Below are positions 17,959 through 29,100 of a DNA stretch of 37,399 nucleotides, piece by piece (position 1 is the stretch's first letter; every line of letters begins with the position of its first letter). Origin of the DNA: an uncultured archaeon (GTDB lineage: Archaea > Asgardarchaeota > Hermodarchaeia > Hermodarchaeales > Hermodarchaeaceae); contig CAYFXC010000018.1 of assembly GCA_964347045.1 (NCBI GenBank), positions 1-37,399 on the forward strand, read 5' to 3'. The notes beneath the pieces are model-generated. The model made no database searches. It saw only the letters and a program-made list of their open reading frames with translations, and was not told the origin of the DNA. The position numbers and the translations under genes were made by a program.

Positions 17959-19149
17959 TTACTCTCGATTTAAAATGTGGACTACTGCTGTTGAGCCAGT
18001 TCCACCCAAGTTGAGGGTGAGACCTCGCTTAACACCTTTCACTTGGCGTTTACCCGCAGTACCACGAAGTTGTTCCACAATTTCTGCAATTTGGGCTATT
18101 CCCGTTGCACCGACAGGGTGACCTTTAGCTTTAAGTCCACCACTGACACTAACCGGGATGCTTCCCTTCTTATCAAAAACCCCGTCTTCAATAGCTTTAC
18201 CACCTTTACCTTTCTCGACAAATCCTAGATCCTCAACGGAGATTATTTCGCCGATACTAAAAGAATCGTGTAACTCTGCAATCTCTACATCTTCAGGTTT
18301 CATTGCGAGTTTATCATATGCTTGTTTTGCAGCACTTTTTACTGCACGAAACGTCGTAATCGCGGGGCGGTCATGGATAGCAAGCGTGTCAGATGCTTGA
18401 GTGGATGCATCAATCCAGATGGGATCGCCTTCAAATTTATTCACCAAGTCACCTCGACAGAGAATCGCTGCCGCAGCTCCGTCCGATATAGGTGCACAAT
18501 TCAAGACATGCAGAGGATCAGACACAATTGGGCTACGAAGGACTTGTTCGGTTGTAATCTTAAAACGGAATTGAGCATACGGGTTATCCACGGCATTTGC
18601 ATGAGCTTTCACTGATGGCACCGCCAGCTGCGCTTCCGTCGTTCCATAGTTGTGCATATGTCGACGGGCGAGTAACGCAAATAATGCGGGGAAAGTGGCG
18701 CCAATTTGTCCTTCCCATTCCCGATCCGCAGCACTCATGAGGGTGTCAGCAATTGCAGGTTCGGAGATATCACTCATTTTTTCACACCCAATAACCATGA
18801 CAACCTTGTGTTCACCTGATTTAATTGCCAAATATGCATGCCGGATAGCAACTCCTCCACTGGCGCAGGCGGCTTCAACCTCTGTAGAAGCGATAGGAAG
18901 AAGTCCACCAGAATCTGCCGCCATCACTGCTTGGTGCTCTTGTTGAATGAATGAGCTCGTTGATGTGTTGCTGACATAGAGTCCATCAATATCGTCACCA
19001 CTTACCCCCGCATCCGCTAGACAGGCTGTTGCGGCCGTAAGAGAAATGCGGCGAATACTTCGATCCCATTGTTCACCAAAGGCTGTTTGACCAACGCCAA
19101 TAATGGCAACGCGGTCTTTTGCAGGTATCTCATCTGTCATCTCAATCAC
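17959..19149 (-). CDS. Acetyl-CoA acetyltransferase (archaeal SCP2-type thiolase)
   Basis: [42 protein letters not shown]; overlaps the HMGCS stop (start TTG 19149 or ATG 19140). Confidence 0.95.
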   Translation of the reverse strand: MIEMTDEIPAKDRVAIIGVGQTAFGEQWDRSIRRISLTAATACLADAGVSGDDIDGLYVSNTSTSSFIQQEHQAVMAADSGGLLPIASTEVEAACASGGVAIRHAYLAIKSGEHKVVMVIGCEKMSDISEPAIADTLMSAADREWEGQIGATFPALFALLARRHMHNYGTTEAQLAVPSVKAHANAVDNPYAQFRFKITTEQVLRSPIVSDPLHVLNCAPISDGAAAAILCRGDLVNKFEGDPIWIDASTQASDTLAIHDRPAITTFRAVKSAAKQAYDKLAMKPEDVEIAELHDSFSIGEIISVEDLGFVEKGKGGKAIEDGVFDKKGSIPVSVSGGLKAKGHPVGATGIAQIAEIVEQLRGTAGKRQVKGVKRGLTLNLGGTGSTAVVHILNRE

Positions 19150-20195
19150 TCCACTTTGATAGTTCGACGGTGTTTCGCGTATTGAGCATAGTCTAAGTAC
19201 ACTTTATCGTCTATGTAATCTTGAATCATGGGTTTTCGTTTTCTTTTTTCATTAACTGGCTTCATAACTTCTACATGGAAGGCATCACTGCCCGCACCAG
19301 AGCCATAGGATACTACCAAGATTTTATCACCCGGTTTTGCTACATCAAGGGTAGCTGCTAGGCCCAAAGGTGAACTACCCGCATAGGTGTTTCCAACATA
19401 ATCAACAACTAAACCCGGTTTGATTTGTTCTTCTTTAAAACCTAAAGTTTTGGCTACGCGTCGTGGAAATTTGCCATTAGGTGAGTGAAAAACAGCCCAA
19501 TCATAATTACTAACTTTCGTATCCATCTTTGTAAAGAGTCCCATCGCAGCTTGTTGCACATGGCGGAAATAGGCGGGTTTTCCAGTAAATCGGGAGCCAT
19601 GTTCAGGAAAGTCGGTACCTTCACGTCGCCAAAAATCTGGTGTGTCACTGGTATAGGAGTAGGTGCCATCAAAACAGGCTAGCATATCATCATCTCCTCC
19701 AATGATAAATGCAGCACCTCCAGCAGATGCTGCGTATTCCAATGCATCTCCCGGTTTCGCCTGCGCTGTGTCGGACCCGATTGCTAGTCCAATATCAACC
19801 TCCTTGGATTTCACTAAACCAATACACACTTGCATGGCTGCGGTCCCCGCTTTACATGCAAAAGAAAAATCAGCACATTGTAAGCTGTTGGGGGCATTAA
19901 TTGCCTCAGCAACAACAGTTCCGGTGGGTTTGGTTGCGTAAACGTGTGATTCAGATCCAACATAAATCGCTCCAATCCGGCTCGGATTTATTTGTGCACA
20001 TTTCAAGGCATTTCGTGCCGCTTCGACGGATATGGTCGTGGTGTCTTCGTCGAGTCCCGGTACACTCTTTTCAATTAACGCTAGACCGGAGCCGATGGCT
20101 TTTCCATCTTTACCCCAGACTCGGGCGATTTCCTCAATTTTGATTCGATATTTAGGAATATAACCGCCATAACCTAATATTCCAACTTCTGGCAT
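19146..20195 (-). CDS. mvaS: Hydroxymethylglutaryl-CoA synthase (archaeal type)
   Basis: [12 protein letters not shown] (catalytic Cys), [42 protein letters not shown]. Confidence 0.96.
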   Translation of the reverse strand: MPEVGILGYGGYIPKYRIKIEEIARVWGKDGKAIGSGLALIEKSVPGLDEDTTTISVEAARNALKCAQINPSRIGAIYVGSESHVYATKPTGTVVAEAINAPNSLQCADFSFACKAGTAAMQVCIGLVKSKEVDIGLAIGSDTAQAKPGDALEYAASAGGAAFIIGGDDDMLACFDGTYSYTSDTPDFWRREGTDFPEHGSRFTGKPAYFRHVQQAAMGLFTKMDTKVSNYDWAVFHSPNGKFPRRVAKTLGFKEEQIKPGLVVDYVGNTYAGSSPLGLAATLDVAKPGDKILVVSYGSGAGSDAFHVEVMKPVNEKRKRKPMIQDYIDDKVYLDYAQYAKHRRTIKVE

Positions 20196-20381
20196 GGCAA
20201 TACATGTCTCCTGGCGTTCAATGGGACTTTACCCGCATCCCGCAGTGTAGTTGCTTTTCAATCTTTGCATTTACACTGCATTGGCGATACTCTGAGTCCT
20301 TAGATATGAAGAGTTCCTGCGAATCCTCCATTTTTCTGATTAATTGCTCCTAACGATGAAAATAGTTTTTTTCAAATTGAT

Positions 20382-21572
20382 TTATGAGAAAGCAGCTATA
20401 ACTTTCCGTCCAATTTCTTGACCATAGTCAAAGCAACGCTTTAAATCTTCTTCGCTCGGGCGGAACTGCACATCCAAGGGGTCTAATACTTCACCAAAAT
20501 TAAAGTCCTTTAACTGCTGAGTGAGAACCCTCGTGGCTCCACCACCCCAACCATATGATCCAAAAGCTGCGCCAATCTTGTTGTCTGGTCGTAAATGTTT
20601 CAAGTAGGGCATAAACGCTGCAGTTGGATAATAGGGGTCAATATTGTAGGTCATCGCCCCCACGACCACAGCCTTTGCTTCCATAGCTGCGCCTTGAACT
20701 CGGCTGAGAGGTTCGCGTTCCAAATCATAAACCTCTGCAGGAACTCCTACATTCGAGATCCCTTCCCGAATCATAAGCGCCATTCGCTTGGTGCTATTCC
20801 AGATCGTCGAATAAACAATCACAGCTCGTTTCTGTTCTGGATTACTTGACCAGCGGTGATAAATTTCTATAATTCGCTCGATGTTTTTTCGCCAAATTGG
20901 TCCATGAGAGGGACAAATAATTTTGATGGGAATCCCCTCTACCTTTTTAAAGGCGTTTAATACCGCTTTTGCATTAAATCGAACAATATAGCTATAATAC
21001 GCTCGAAGGGGTTCATACCAATCTTCAAGCTGGTCAGCGAACCGGTACGGCGTCGCAATCTGCATCCCAAAGGCATCGTTACTAAAGACTAGCTGTTCTT
21101 CAGCCAGATAGCTTATCATGGTTTCGGGCCAATGTACCATCGGAATTTTCACAAAGGTCAATGAGCGTTTGCCCAAGCTGAGAGTACCTCCGTCTTCCAC
21201 GATTTCAACTGGAAATTCAACACCAGGATAATTTAGCTTCAGGAATTCTGCACCCTTCTTAGAAGTGATAATTTTCGCCTTTGGTGCTGCTTCAATCATT
21301 GCTACATATGAGGTTGAGTGGTCCGGCTCAACGTGCTGACAAATAATATAATCAATCTTGGCAGGGTCAATAATCGTGCGGATACGGTTTAGTAGTTCTT
21401 CAGTGAAGTTAGGAGCCACCGTGTCAATCAGAGTAACTTTCTCATCAACGATTAGGTATGCATTGTAAGTGCCGCCTTTGGGAGTCCAGAGGCCATGGAA
21501 GTCTCGAAGCATCCAGTCAATTGCACCCACCCAAAAGACACCTTTCACAATCTCAACTTTTTCAGAGGTCAA
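20382..21572 (-). CDS. fprA: Flavodiiron protein (FprA, class A)
   Basis: GGTYNAYLI, LIDTV, HVEPDH, PMVHWPE, NDAFG, PSHG; flavodoxin domain with FGSYGWGG; GGAGG RBS before TTG. Confidence 0.95.
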   Translation of the reverse strand: MTSEKVEIVKGVFWVGAIDWMLRDFHGLWTPKGGTYNAYLIVDEKVTLIDTVAPNFTEELLNRIRTIIDPAKIDYIICQHVEPDHSTSYVAMIEAAPKAKIITSKKGAEFLKLNYPGVEFPVEIVEDGGTLSLGKRSLTFVKIPMVHWPETMISYLAEEQLVFSNDAFGMQIATPYRFADQLEDWYEPLRAYYSYIVRFNAKAVLNAFKKVEGIPIKIICPSHGPIWRKNIERIIEIYHRWSSNPEQKRAVIVYSTIWNSTKRMALMIREGISNVGVPAEVYDLEREPLSRVQGAAMEAKAVVVGAMTYNIDPYYPTAAFMPYLKHLRPDNKIGAAFGSYGWGGGATRVLTQQLKDFNFGEVLDPLDVQFRPSEEDLKRCFDYGQEIGRKVIAAFS

Positions 21573-21712
21573 ACGAAACCCTCCATTTTGTTAGTCAAAT
21601 CGTAGCAGCTAGTCTACCCAGTCTCTTTAATTATTTTTCATTTTCTTTACTAGGCAGAAACCTTATGGGAACTGGTATACCAAATCCTAATGTTCGACTT
21701 GGAGTTTTTGCC

Positions 21713-23131
21713 ATGAAACGATTACTGAATCCCAAATCTATCGCAATCATCGGTGCCTCCACGAATATTACTAAAATGGGCTCACTTATCACCTTTAATG
21801 TCCGTTCCGGAGGCTATGAAGGCGAAGTTTACCCTATCAATCCTAAAGCGGATAGCGTGCATGGCTACAAAGCCTATCCTAGTATTCTCGACTGCCCCAC
21901 ACCTGACGTGGCTTCCATTATTGTGCCCAAATCTACCGTTCCCGAGATTCTTGACCAATGCGCCCAAGCGGACATCCGTAATATCATTTTGGTTACAGCT
22001 GGTTACCGAGAAATAGGACCTGAAGGAAAAGCCGCAGAAGAGGAAATCAAAGCCATTGCCAAACGTCACCAGTTCAACCTTGTTGGCCCCAACTGTGTGG
22101 GTATCAGCCGACCTGCATTGAAACTCAACCTTACCACAATGCCCTACTTTCCACGACAAGGACCTGTAGCCTTCGTTTCGCAAAGCGGTGCATTTGCGGC
22201 CCAAAATTTTCTCTCTATTGAACGTTGGGGTCTTGGTTTAAGTACTGTTATTAGCACCGGCAACGAAGCCGTTCTTACCTGCACCGACTACATACGTCTT
22301 CTCGTCAACGATCCGGAAACCCAAGTCATACTACTGTACATTGAAGGCTTCAACGATGGTTCCCGATTTCTTCAAGCAGCCAAAGAAATTACACCAAAAA
22401 AACCGATTCTTCTTATGAAGGTGGGACGCACTCGCCAGGGGCAACGTGCCGCGATTTCTCATACTGGGGCACTTGCAGGGAGTATTGATGTTTTTCACGG
22501 AGCTATGCGACAAGCCGGAGTTATTCTTGGAAAAAGTCTCGAAGATCTATTTGATTGGGCGATGGCCCTTGGACACCAACCCCTTCCTAGGGGCAATCGT
22601 GTGGCTATCCTGACTAATTCTGGAGGACCTGGAGTATCCTTAACGGATGTCTGTGCTGAAGAAGGGCTCATCATTCCACCACTTCACGAAGACGTCCAAC
22701 AAAAGCTTCGTGCCTTTCTCCCTCCTACTGCTGTAACTGGAAATCCTGTCGATAGCACTTTCACCATTAACATGCGGATCTTCTCCCAATGTGCAGACAT
22801 TCTCCTCGGTCTCGATGAAATCGACTCCCTCCTCATTCATGGTTTCTTTGGACCTGACCTCATGAATCAATTCCGCCAAAGATATGATGTTCCTCAAGAT
22901 ATGGTCAATGTTTTGTATAACGAGTTCGGCGACGCTGCCAACCAGCTAATTTCCACGATTCGCCAATATAAGAAACCCGTGCTCATCTCTTCAACACAGG
23001 ATCGAAGTGATTCGGCTATTCAAGCAATCCAAGATGCCGGTATCCCCGTGTACACTATGCCTGAACGCGCCGCACTAACCCTAGGAGTCATGACGCGGTA
23101 TGCCCAATGGTGCAAATTCCATTGCACTTAA
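21713..23131 (+). CDS. acdA: ADP-forming acyl-CoA synthetase / acetate-CoA ligase alpha subunit
   Basis: LLNPKSIAIIGAS, YPINP, GPNCVG, SQSGA, STGNEA, LYIEG, phospho-His SHTGALAG, TNSGGPG, NPVD. ATG 21713 chosen (21665 possible); no beta subunit in window. Confidence 0.92.
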   Translation: MKRLLNPKSIAIIGASTNITKMGSLITFNVRSGGYEGEVYPINPKADSVHGYKAYPSILDCPTPDVASIIVPKSTVPEILDQCAQADIRNIILVTAGYREIGPEGKAAEEEIKAIAKRHQFNLVGPNCVGISRPALKLNLTTMPYFPRQGPVAFVSQSGAFAAQNFLSIERWGLGLSTVISTGNEAVLTCTDYIRLLVNDPETQVILLYIEGFNDGSRFLQAAKEITPKKPILLMKVGRTRQGQRAAISHTGALAGSIDVFHGAMRQAGVILGKSLEDLFDWAMALGHQPLPRGNRVAILTNSGGPGVSLTDVCAEEGLIIPPLHEDVQQKLRAFLPPTAVTGNPVDSTFTINMRIFSQCADILLGLDEIDSLLIHGFFGPDLMNQFRQRYDVPQDMVNVLYNEFGDAANQLISTIRQYKKPVLISSTQDRSDSAIQAIQDAGIPVYTMPERAALTLGVMTRYAQWCKFHCT

Positions 23132-26100
23132 CTTTCATCTGCCGATTGTTTTAAGGAGAAGTAGGTCGCCTGTCGTTCCTCTTTTGATAAATACTTCAAG
23201 TGGTCAACTAATGCCTGCTTTTCTTCGTCAGAAAGTCCTGGAATCTTATCCAGTTCACGGCGAATTTCAATCTCCACGCCTGAGGGAACCTCTGGCGTTA
23301 CTCGCTCCTCGGGAGGTACAACCGTGGGGGCGGTGCGGTCACCTTCTAAAGCTTTCTCCGGTGGTGGCGGTTCAACCGGTTTCACTTCATCAAGAGGCTT
23401 GGCCGGTGGTTCTTTGGCGGGTTTTTTCGTAGGTTTCATAGGTGGTTTCTTAGTGGGTTTCAGTTCAGGCTTGATAGCGGGTGGAGCTTTCTCACGCTTT
23501 GTTATGAAATCCATTCGTCGTTCACTCATCTGACGACGCAAATCATCTAAAAACCAGATTCGATCCTTTCGAGGAATCTTGCGCATCTCTTCGGCAAGAA
23601 CCGCTTTTTCTTCAGCACCTAGCCCTGGAATCTTATCCAACTCAGCTACGATGTCTTCTTCGGTGGCAGTAACCTCTTCGAGTTCTTCAATCGTTGGTAT
23701 CATCGCAGGAGTCATGACAACCCCAATAGTTGACATCGCTGAATCAACTTTGCCCTCTAATATCACTCCGCGTTCATGGAAATGCTTCAAATCCTTTCTA
23801 CCTAGCGAATAAGTTTCATCCTTTTCCACAGTTTTCGCAAGTTTCCGCATCCTTCGAACTTCCCACGGAATAGACAAGACACGGGCCCACAGTATCCAAC
23901 CAATTAATATGAAGATAAGGAAAATTGCGGCAATAGTTCCACCGATTGTGCCATAAACAAAGAGGGGATGGTACACAAATTCAAGTATAACCTCGGTTTC
24001 TAGACCTGTTTCCTGATATGGAACAGGAATTCCTTTGTTTGCACTAATTCGTAACTCCAAAGTAATCGGGGTAGCAGATCGAAGTCCGTATAGCAAGTAA
24101 TAACCATTACCTTCTTCAATCCATCCTCCCTCGGGACCCGCGGGATCAAAGTCCCAGCCTTGAGGTAGAGTAATGTTTGCTCCTTCAATGCCAACACGAT
24201 GCCAAGTATCAAAGAAATAAACTCGAATCTGGAAGGGTGAGCCAATATAGAGCTGTTCAAATGGGTACTCCGGGGGTGTAGGTACAATACCGATAATTTC
24301 ATCAACAGTTAATCGTGTTGGAATTTCAATGGCTGTAAATGTATCTGGGTAAATTTGACTCAAGAAATTCGCTTTACCAAGTCGAATAGAAAGTGAGTGT
24401 GATCCAATTCCAACCGTAATTGGATCAATATAGAGTTTCAATAGGTATAGATTCGTTGAATTATCAAATTCAACTGGAATTCCGGATAATATTACTCCAT
24501 CAAGGGTGATTGTTCCAGACCCATTGGCAACTAAGAACCCATCAACATCGCGGTAATCAAAGTAGATGTAGATCCAGTCACCCACGGGAACTGTGAGCAC
24601 ACCACCTTCGTAAGCTGACCGATTATATTCAATAATATCATCTATAACAAGAATCGACCAGGCAGAAAAGACTGTCACAGGACGCGTAGAGCGATCTATG
24701 ATGTCAATTGTAATGGTGGTTCGCTGAACATCAAATGCACCTTTTAGATCCACATAAAGTGAGTAAGAGAATCCTGCCGCTTGTGTTGCTGTAAATTGTG
24801 CCCAGTACCAACCATTCCCTAATTCATTTAATGACACCTGTTGACCGCCCCAAGTAGCCAAAATTAAAGCACCAGTAATATTCCGATCGAGGATTCCAGA
24901 CCTTGTATTATTAGCAAAAATCCAGAGCGTGAAGACTTCCTGATATTCATAAGTCATGAAATATGATTCGTTTTCAAAGGATGGATAGTCAATATCAAAA
25001 GCGAGCACTTCAGCGGGGGTATAACGTACATCAGCTGTAAACGATAGTGTTCGTCTCTGTACATTCGGTGATTCTGCACTCACAGAAATCTCATAGGGAA
25101 CAGTAACGAGATCGCTAGATGTATCTACTCCCCAAATTGATGAATCGTAGTAGTAGATACCTGGATACAGTGCTGGATCTAGCTCGATTAGGTAGGGAGA
25201 TCCGAATCCGATGGCTGGATCTGCACAGAAGAAGGTTACATTGGCTCCAATAATCGGAACCCCTGCTCCAGTGGTGAAGTTGACATAAATGATGATGTCT
25301 TCGGGTGGATACACTAAGAATGATGTTGTACAATTATAGGTGGTTAGTATGCTAGGCCCCGCAGTTATCGTATATGTTACATATGTCGTTGCATCCTGAT
25401 AGAATCCGGCTTTTGATGCTTGGATTGATAAGGTGTATTGGCCAATGGTGTATTCTGATTGGATTTCCAGCTGATAAACACCAGCTCCAATAAATACAAA
25501 GTTGAGTGTGCCATGAGCCCAAATGCAATCAACTTGAGAATCATTTACTAAGTCGCCTTGATGTAACCCTGCTCCGATTTTGACTGTAACCTCAATTATC
25601 TCATAGGGTGTTTGACCGTAGAAGCGTGAGATTAGACCTAGAGATTCGAGGGTAATATCGAGAGGAACTTCATAAATATAGACTGGAACTGAAATGTTTT
25701 GGAAAAGGAAATTAGTTTGGTTAGCAAATATGTATATCGAAAATCCCTGTAGCGCTGGAACGCCTGCAGTGTTTAGTTCAATTTGCCACCAATATTGCTT
25801 TGGCCCTGATGAGATTTGGCTAATCGTAACTCCGACAAATCCTGTTACCTGGATATTCACGGTTGTGGGGATATTGGGAACGTGGTTATTGTTATCTAAA
25901 TCAAAATATCTCACTATTAGAGTAAGATTCTCTCCGTAGTAAAGGTTACCAGGAGGATCGTAACTGAGGATTGTTTCAATTTCTCGAACTTCTTGTAATA
26001 CTGGTCTATTGGTTTTCGATTCAAAGAAAGGGTCAAGACCTTTGGGGTAAGTCACATTAACATAGAATAGGTAGGTACCAATTCCCGCTAGCTTTGTTGT

Positions 26101-29100
26101 ATCAATGGAGATTTCATAGAACCCTTGACCTAAATCAGTGACCCACCAATCACTACCGTAGGTTCCAAAACTAGGTAATTCCTCACAAAGTAGAGTTATG
26201 CTAATATCAGGATAATATGTGCTGTTTATCCCCATTCCTTCGATAGTTTGAAAGAGAAATTCAAAGGTCATAGTTGAATTCCAAGGTGTGGCACCCGCAG
26301 TTGGTTGTAGGACAAATTCTGTTCGTTGTCCTACAACATAGGCTCGGAATTCAAATTCTTGTGTCTCAAAATAAGGTATGGTTCCTCCTTCCCAACTTAC
26401 TTCAAGTTTGAAGTCAAAGAAGGTGTTTACTCTGCCAAAATAATCGGCATCTATTCTGAGTTGAAAATCATAATCTCCTGTAATCGAAACGATGTACCAC
26501 GCATTAAATGGAATTAGCACAGGCAAAGCAGGAGTAGTGTTATAAAGAACGACTAGAACGTGATTTCCACCAAAAGATGTGTTCGTTATCGAGAATGTCC
26601 GAAGTTGATCCGAATAGGTGAAGTTCACGGTAATTTCTGTAAGGTACCCATATTCGCCTGTTATGGTGTTTTGGATGCTTGTTGGTCGCTCTACGACAAA
26701 GAGTGTCACTTGTTTAGTTTGAATAGCATATGGTGGTGGGAATTGTGCCCAATCAGTATTTATTGTGGCTAAATAAGTACTGGGGGCACCCACACCTGTT
26801 GAATTAATGACAATATCATAAATGCCACTACCTAATGGAATAACAGAATAGAGTCCCGGATATTCCACTAATTCGATGATTGATTCCTGTCCATCAATAC
26901 CCTGTCCATTGATGGAGCTGTCAGGGTCGTTAACAGTATAGGTGATACGGATCGTAAAGTTATCTAGGAAGGCTTGGGCATCAACTGGTTCAACAGCTAA
27001 TGCCGTGAAGACTGTACGGACGTTGAAGGTGAGTTCAGGAATCGTATCATTTTCATAACCACTCCCGGAGCCTGAAATACGTATCATGATTTTATAGGCT
27101 TGGATGGCGGTGACTTCGGAGGCATTGATGGTGATTCGATATATCGATAATATTCCATCCCATTCCCACCAAATTACTGTGGGGTTAAATCCATCAAGCC
27201 CTGTAACATTAATCGTTTCGCTTCCAGTGTGAATTGGGTCTTGATTCAGCGAGCTTTCTCCGTCAAGAACGATATATTCAACTTCAATTGTAACATTATC
27301 CCCAAAGGGTGTAATAGGCACCGTTGTTGGATGTAACCAAGTGAATAAGGCACGAACAGAGAGGGGGACAGCATCTAATTGACCAACTTCATATTCCTCG
27401 GCTCGTGTTATGGTAATATCAAATTGGAATTCTTTTACTTCGGTGAGAATCGAGCTGTAGAATGTGATGTTATACTTCCCATTTTCCCAATAGACGAAGT
27501 TAAAGTCCACGCCTAAAGTTAGGTCTGTAATCGAAATGGTTCCACCAGTTATTGGACTATTGTCTTGAACTGCTGTGGGGTCATCAACTAGAAAGGTGAC
27601 AATAAGTATGCCATTTTCTCCCCAAGGAACAACTGGAGGGCTTTGGTAGGTGAAACTAGTGGCAAGAGAACGAATAGTTAATTGGGTTAATACAACTCCG
27701 TTGCCATATTCAGCTGAGGTTGTAACATCGAATTGAAGAGCATAGGTGTCAAGACTCCAACCAGAGACATCTAAGATGATTTGGTAGATGCCATCATCTG
27801 CAGTTCCGTTATTAACCCAAAGATGCCAATTTGAGCTGTCAAGAGTGATGGTTGAGGGTCCACCCGTGATAACCACAGAGGTTAAGTGATTCTCTGGAAG
27901 CCCTGAAGGCGGAATTAAATCGCTATCATTTACTCGTAAAATGATAGAAATGTTGTTTCCATAGGGAACTCGGGGTATGGGATCTACGTCCGCAGTGATG
28001 GAGTGCACTCTAATTATGATGTTCACGGTTCCAAATCCGGTAGCAAATCGAGGATCATTAGCAAACACAGTGACATTTAATTCATGTAATCCCCGCCCCC
28101 ATCCCGTTGCATCAATATAGAAATCAAGATACGAGAAATTCGACCATGGGAGCGTGGGTGCAGATGGACCAGAAATTTGGGTAACACGAACTTCTTGAAG
28201 ATAGGTTCCTGAGTCGATGGCTGAGCCTTTATCCAAGTCAATCCAACTGATATTAAGGAGGAATGATCCACCTTCAGGAACAGGTGCAGGTCCAGTTACT
28301 AAAACATAGACGCGGTGGCCACGAATCGTTAATTCATTGAAAGTACTATTGGAATCGGCATAGATTTGTGCAGGTATAGTTTTTGCTACGACTTCAATAG
28401 TTATTGAATAAGGCGAACCAACTATCGTTAAACTCGATGTATCCAATTCAAAGGTCCAACTGGTAGGATTGTTAATTGTTTTTGATACGTCACCAGAGAT
28501 TATGATTTGAGCCGCCGCCGTATATGAGATGTATCCTGTTGTTGAGAGGTCCACCCATTGAATAGTTATAGTTGTGTTCTCACCCCACGGGGTAGGTTCG
28601 GGTGGAAGAATCGTCACCGCCGTCTGATGTATAATTATCAGCACAGTAACTGCTGAGGCGGTTTGATTATAGACTCCCGGAGGATCATCAGGAATTATTG
28701 TTAGAATCAGATTATACTCGCCTGGAACCCATGTATCGGTCACCAACGTAATAGTCCAAGAACTCGGAGTGAAGATTTGCGGGTCTCCATATCCAGTGAC
28801 ACGAACTTGGAAAATGTCAGTAATGAGAGGATCAGTTCCACCATCAAGGTCATACCAACTAAATGTAATCGAAGTATTTGCTTGGTAGGGTATTTGCGCT
28901 GGAGGGATGACGATGACTTGGGTTAACCGTTTGCGAACACTGAATACTATAGTGCGACTTGCGCTTTGATAATCATCAGTTGTATCATCAATAGTAATTA
29001 CGAATGTATAGGAATCAACCTGAGTTATTGCTGACGAATAGATAGTGATAGCATATTCACCACTCCCAATTTCTTGCCAACCGAAAGTGGCGTATGGCGC

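Noticed and set aside
21458-21712. 85-aa N-terminal extension of the ACD alpha ORF
   Set aside because: Overlaps fprA on the opposite strand and spans the divergent promoter region; family similarity begins at ATG 21713.
23128-23131. Convergent acdA and giant gene share overlapping stops (TTAA)
   Set aside because: Common in compact genomes; no evidence of functional linkage.
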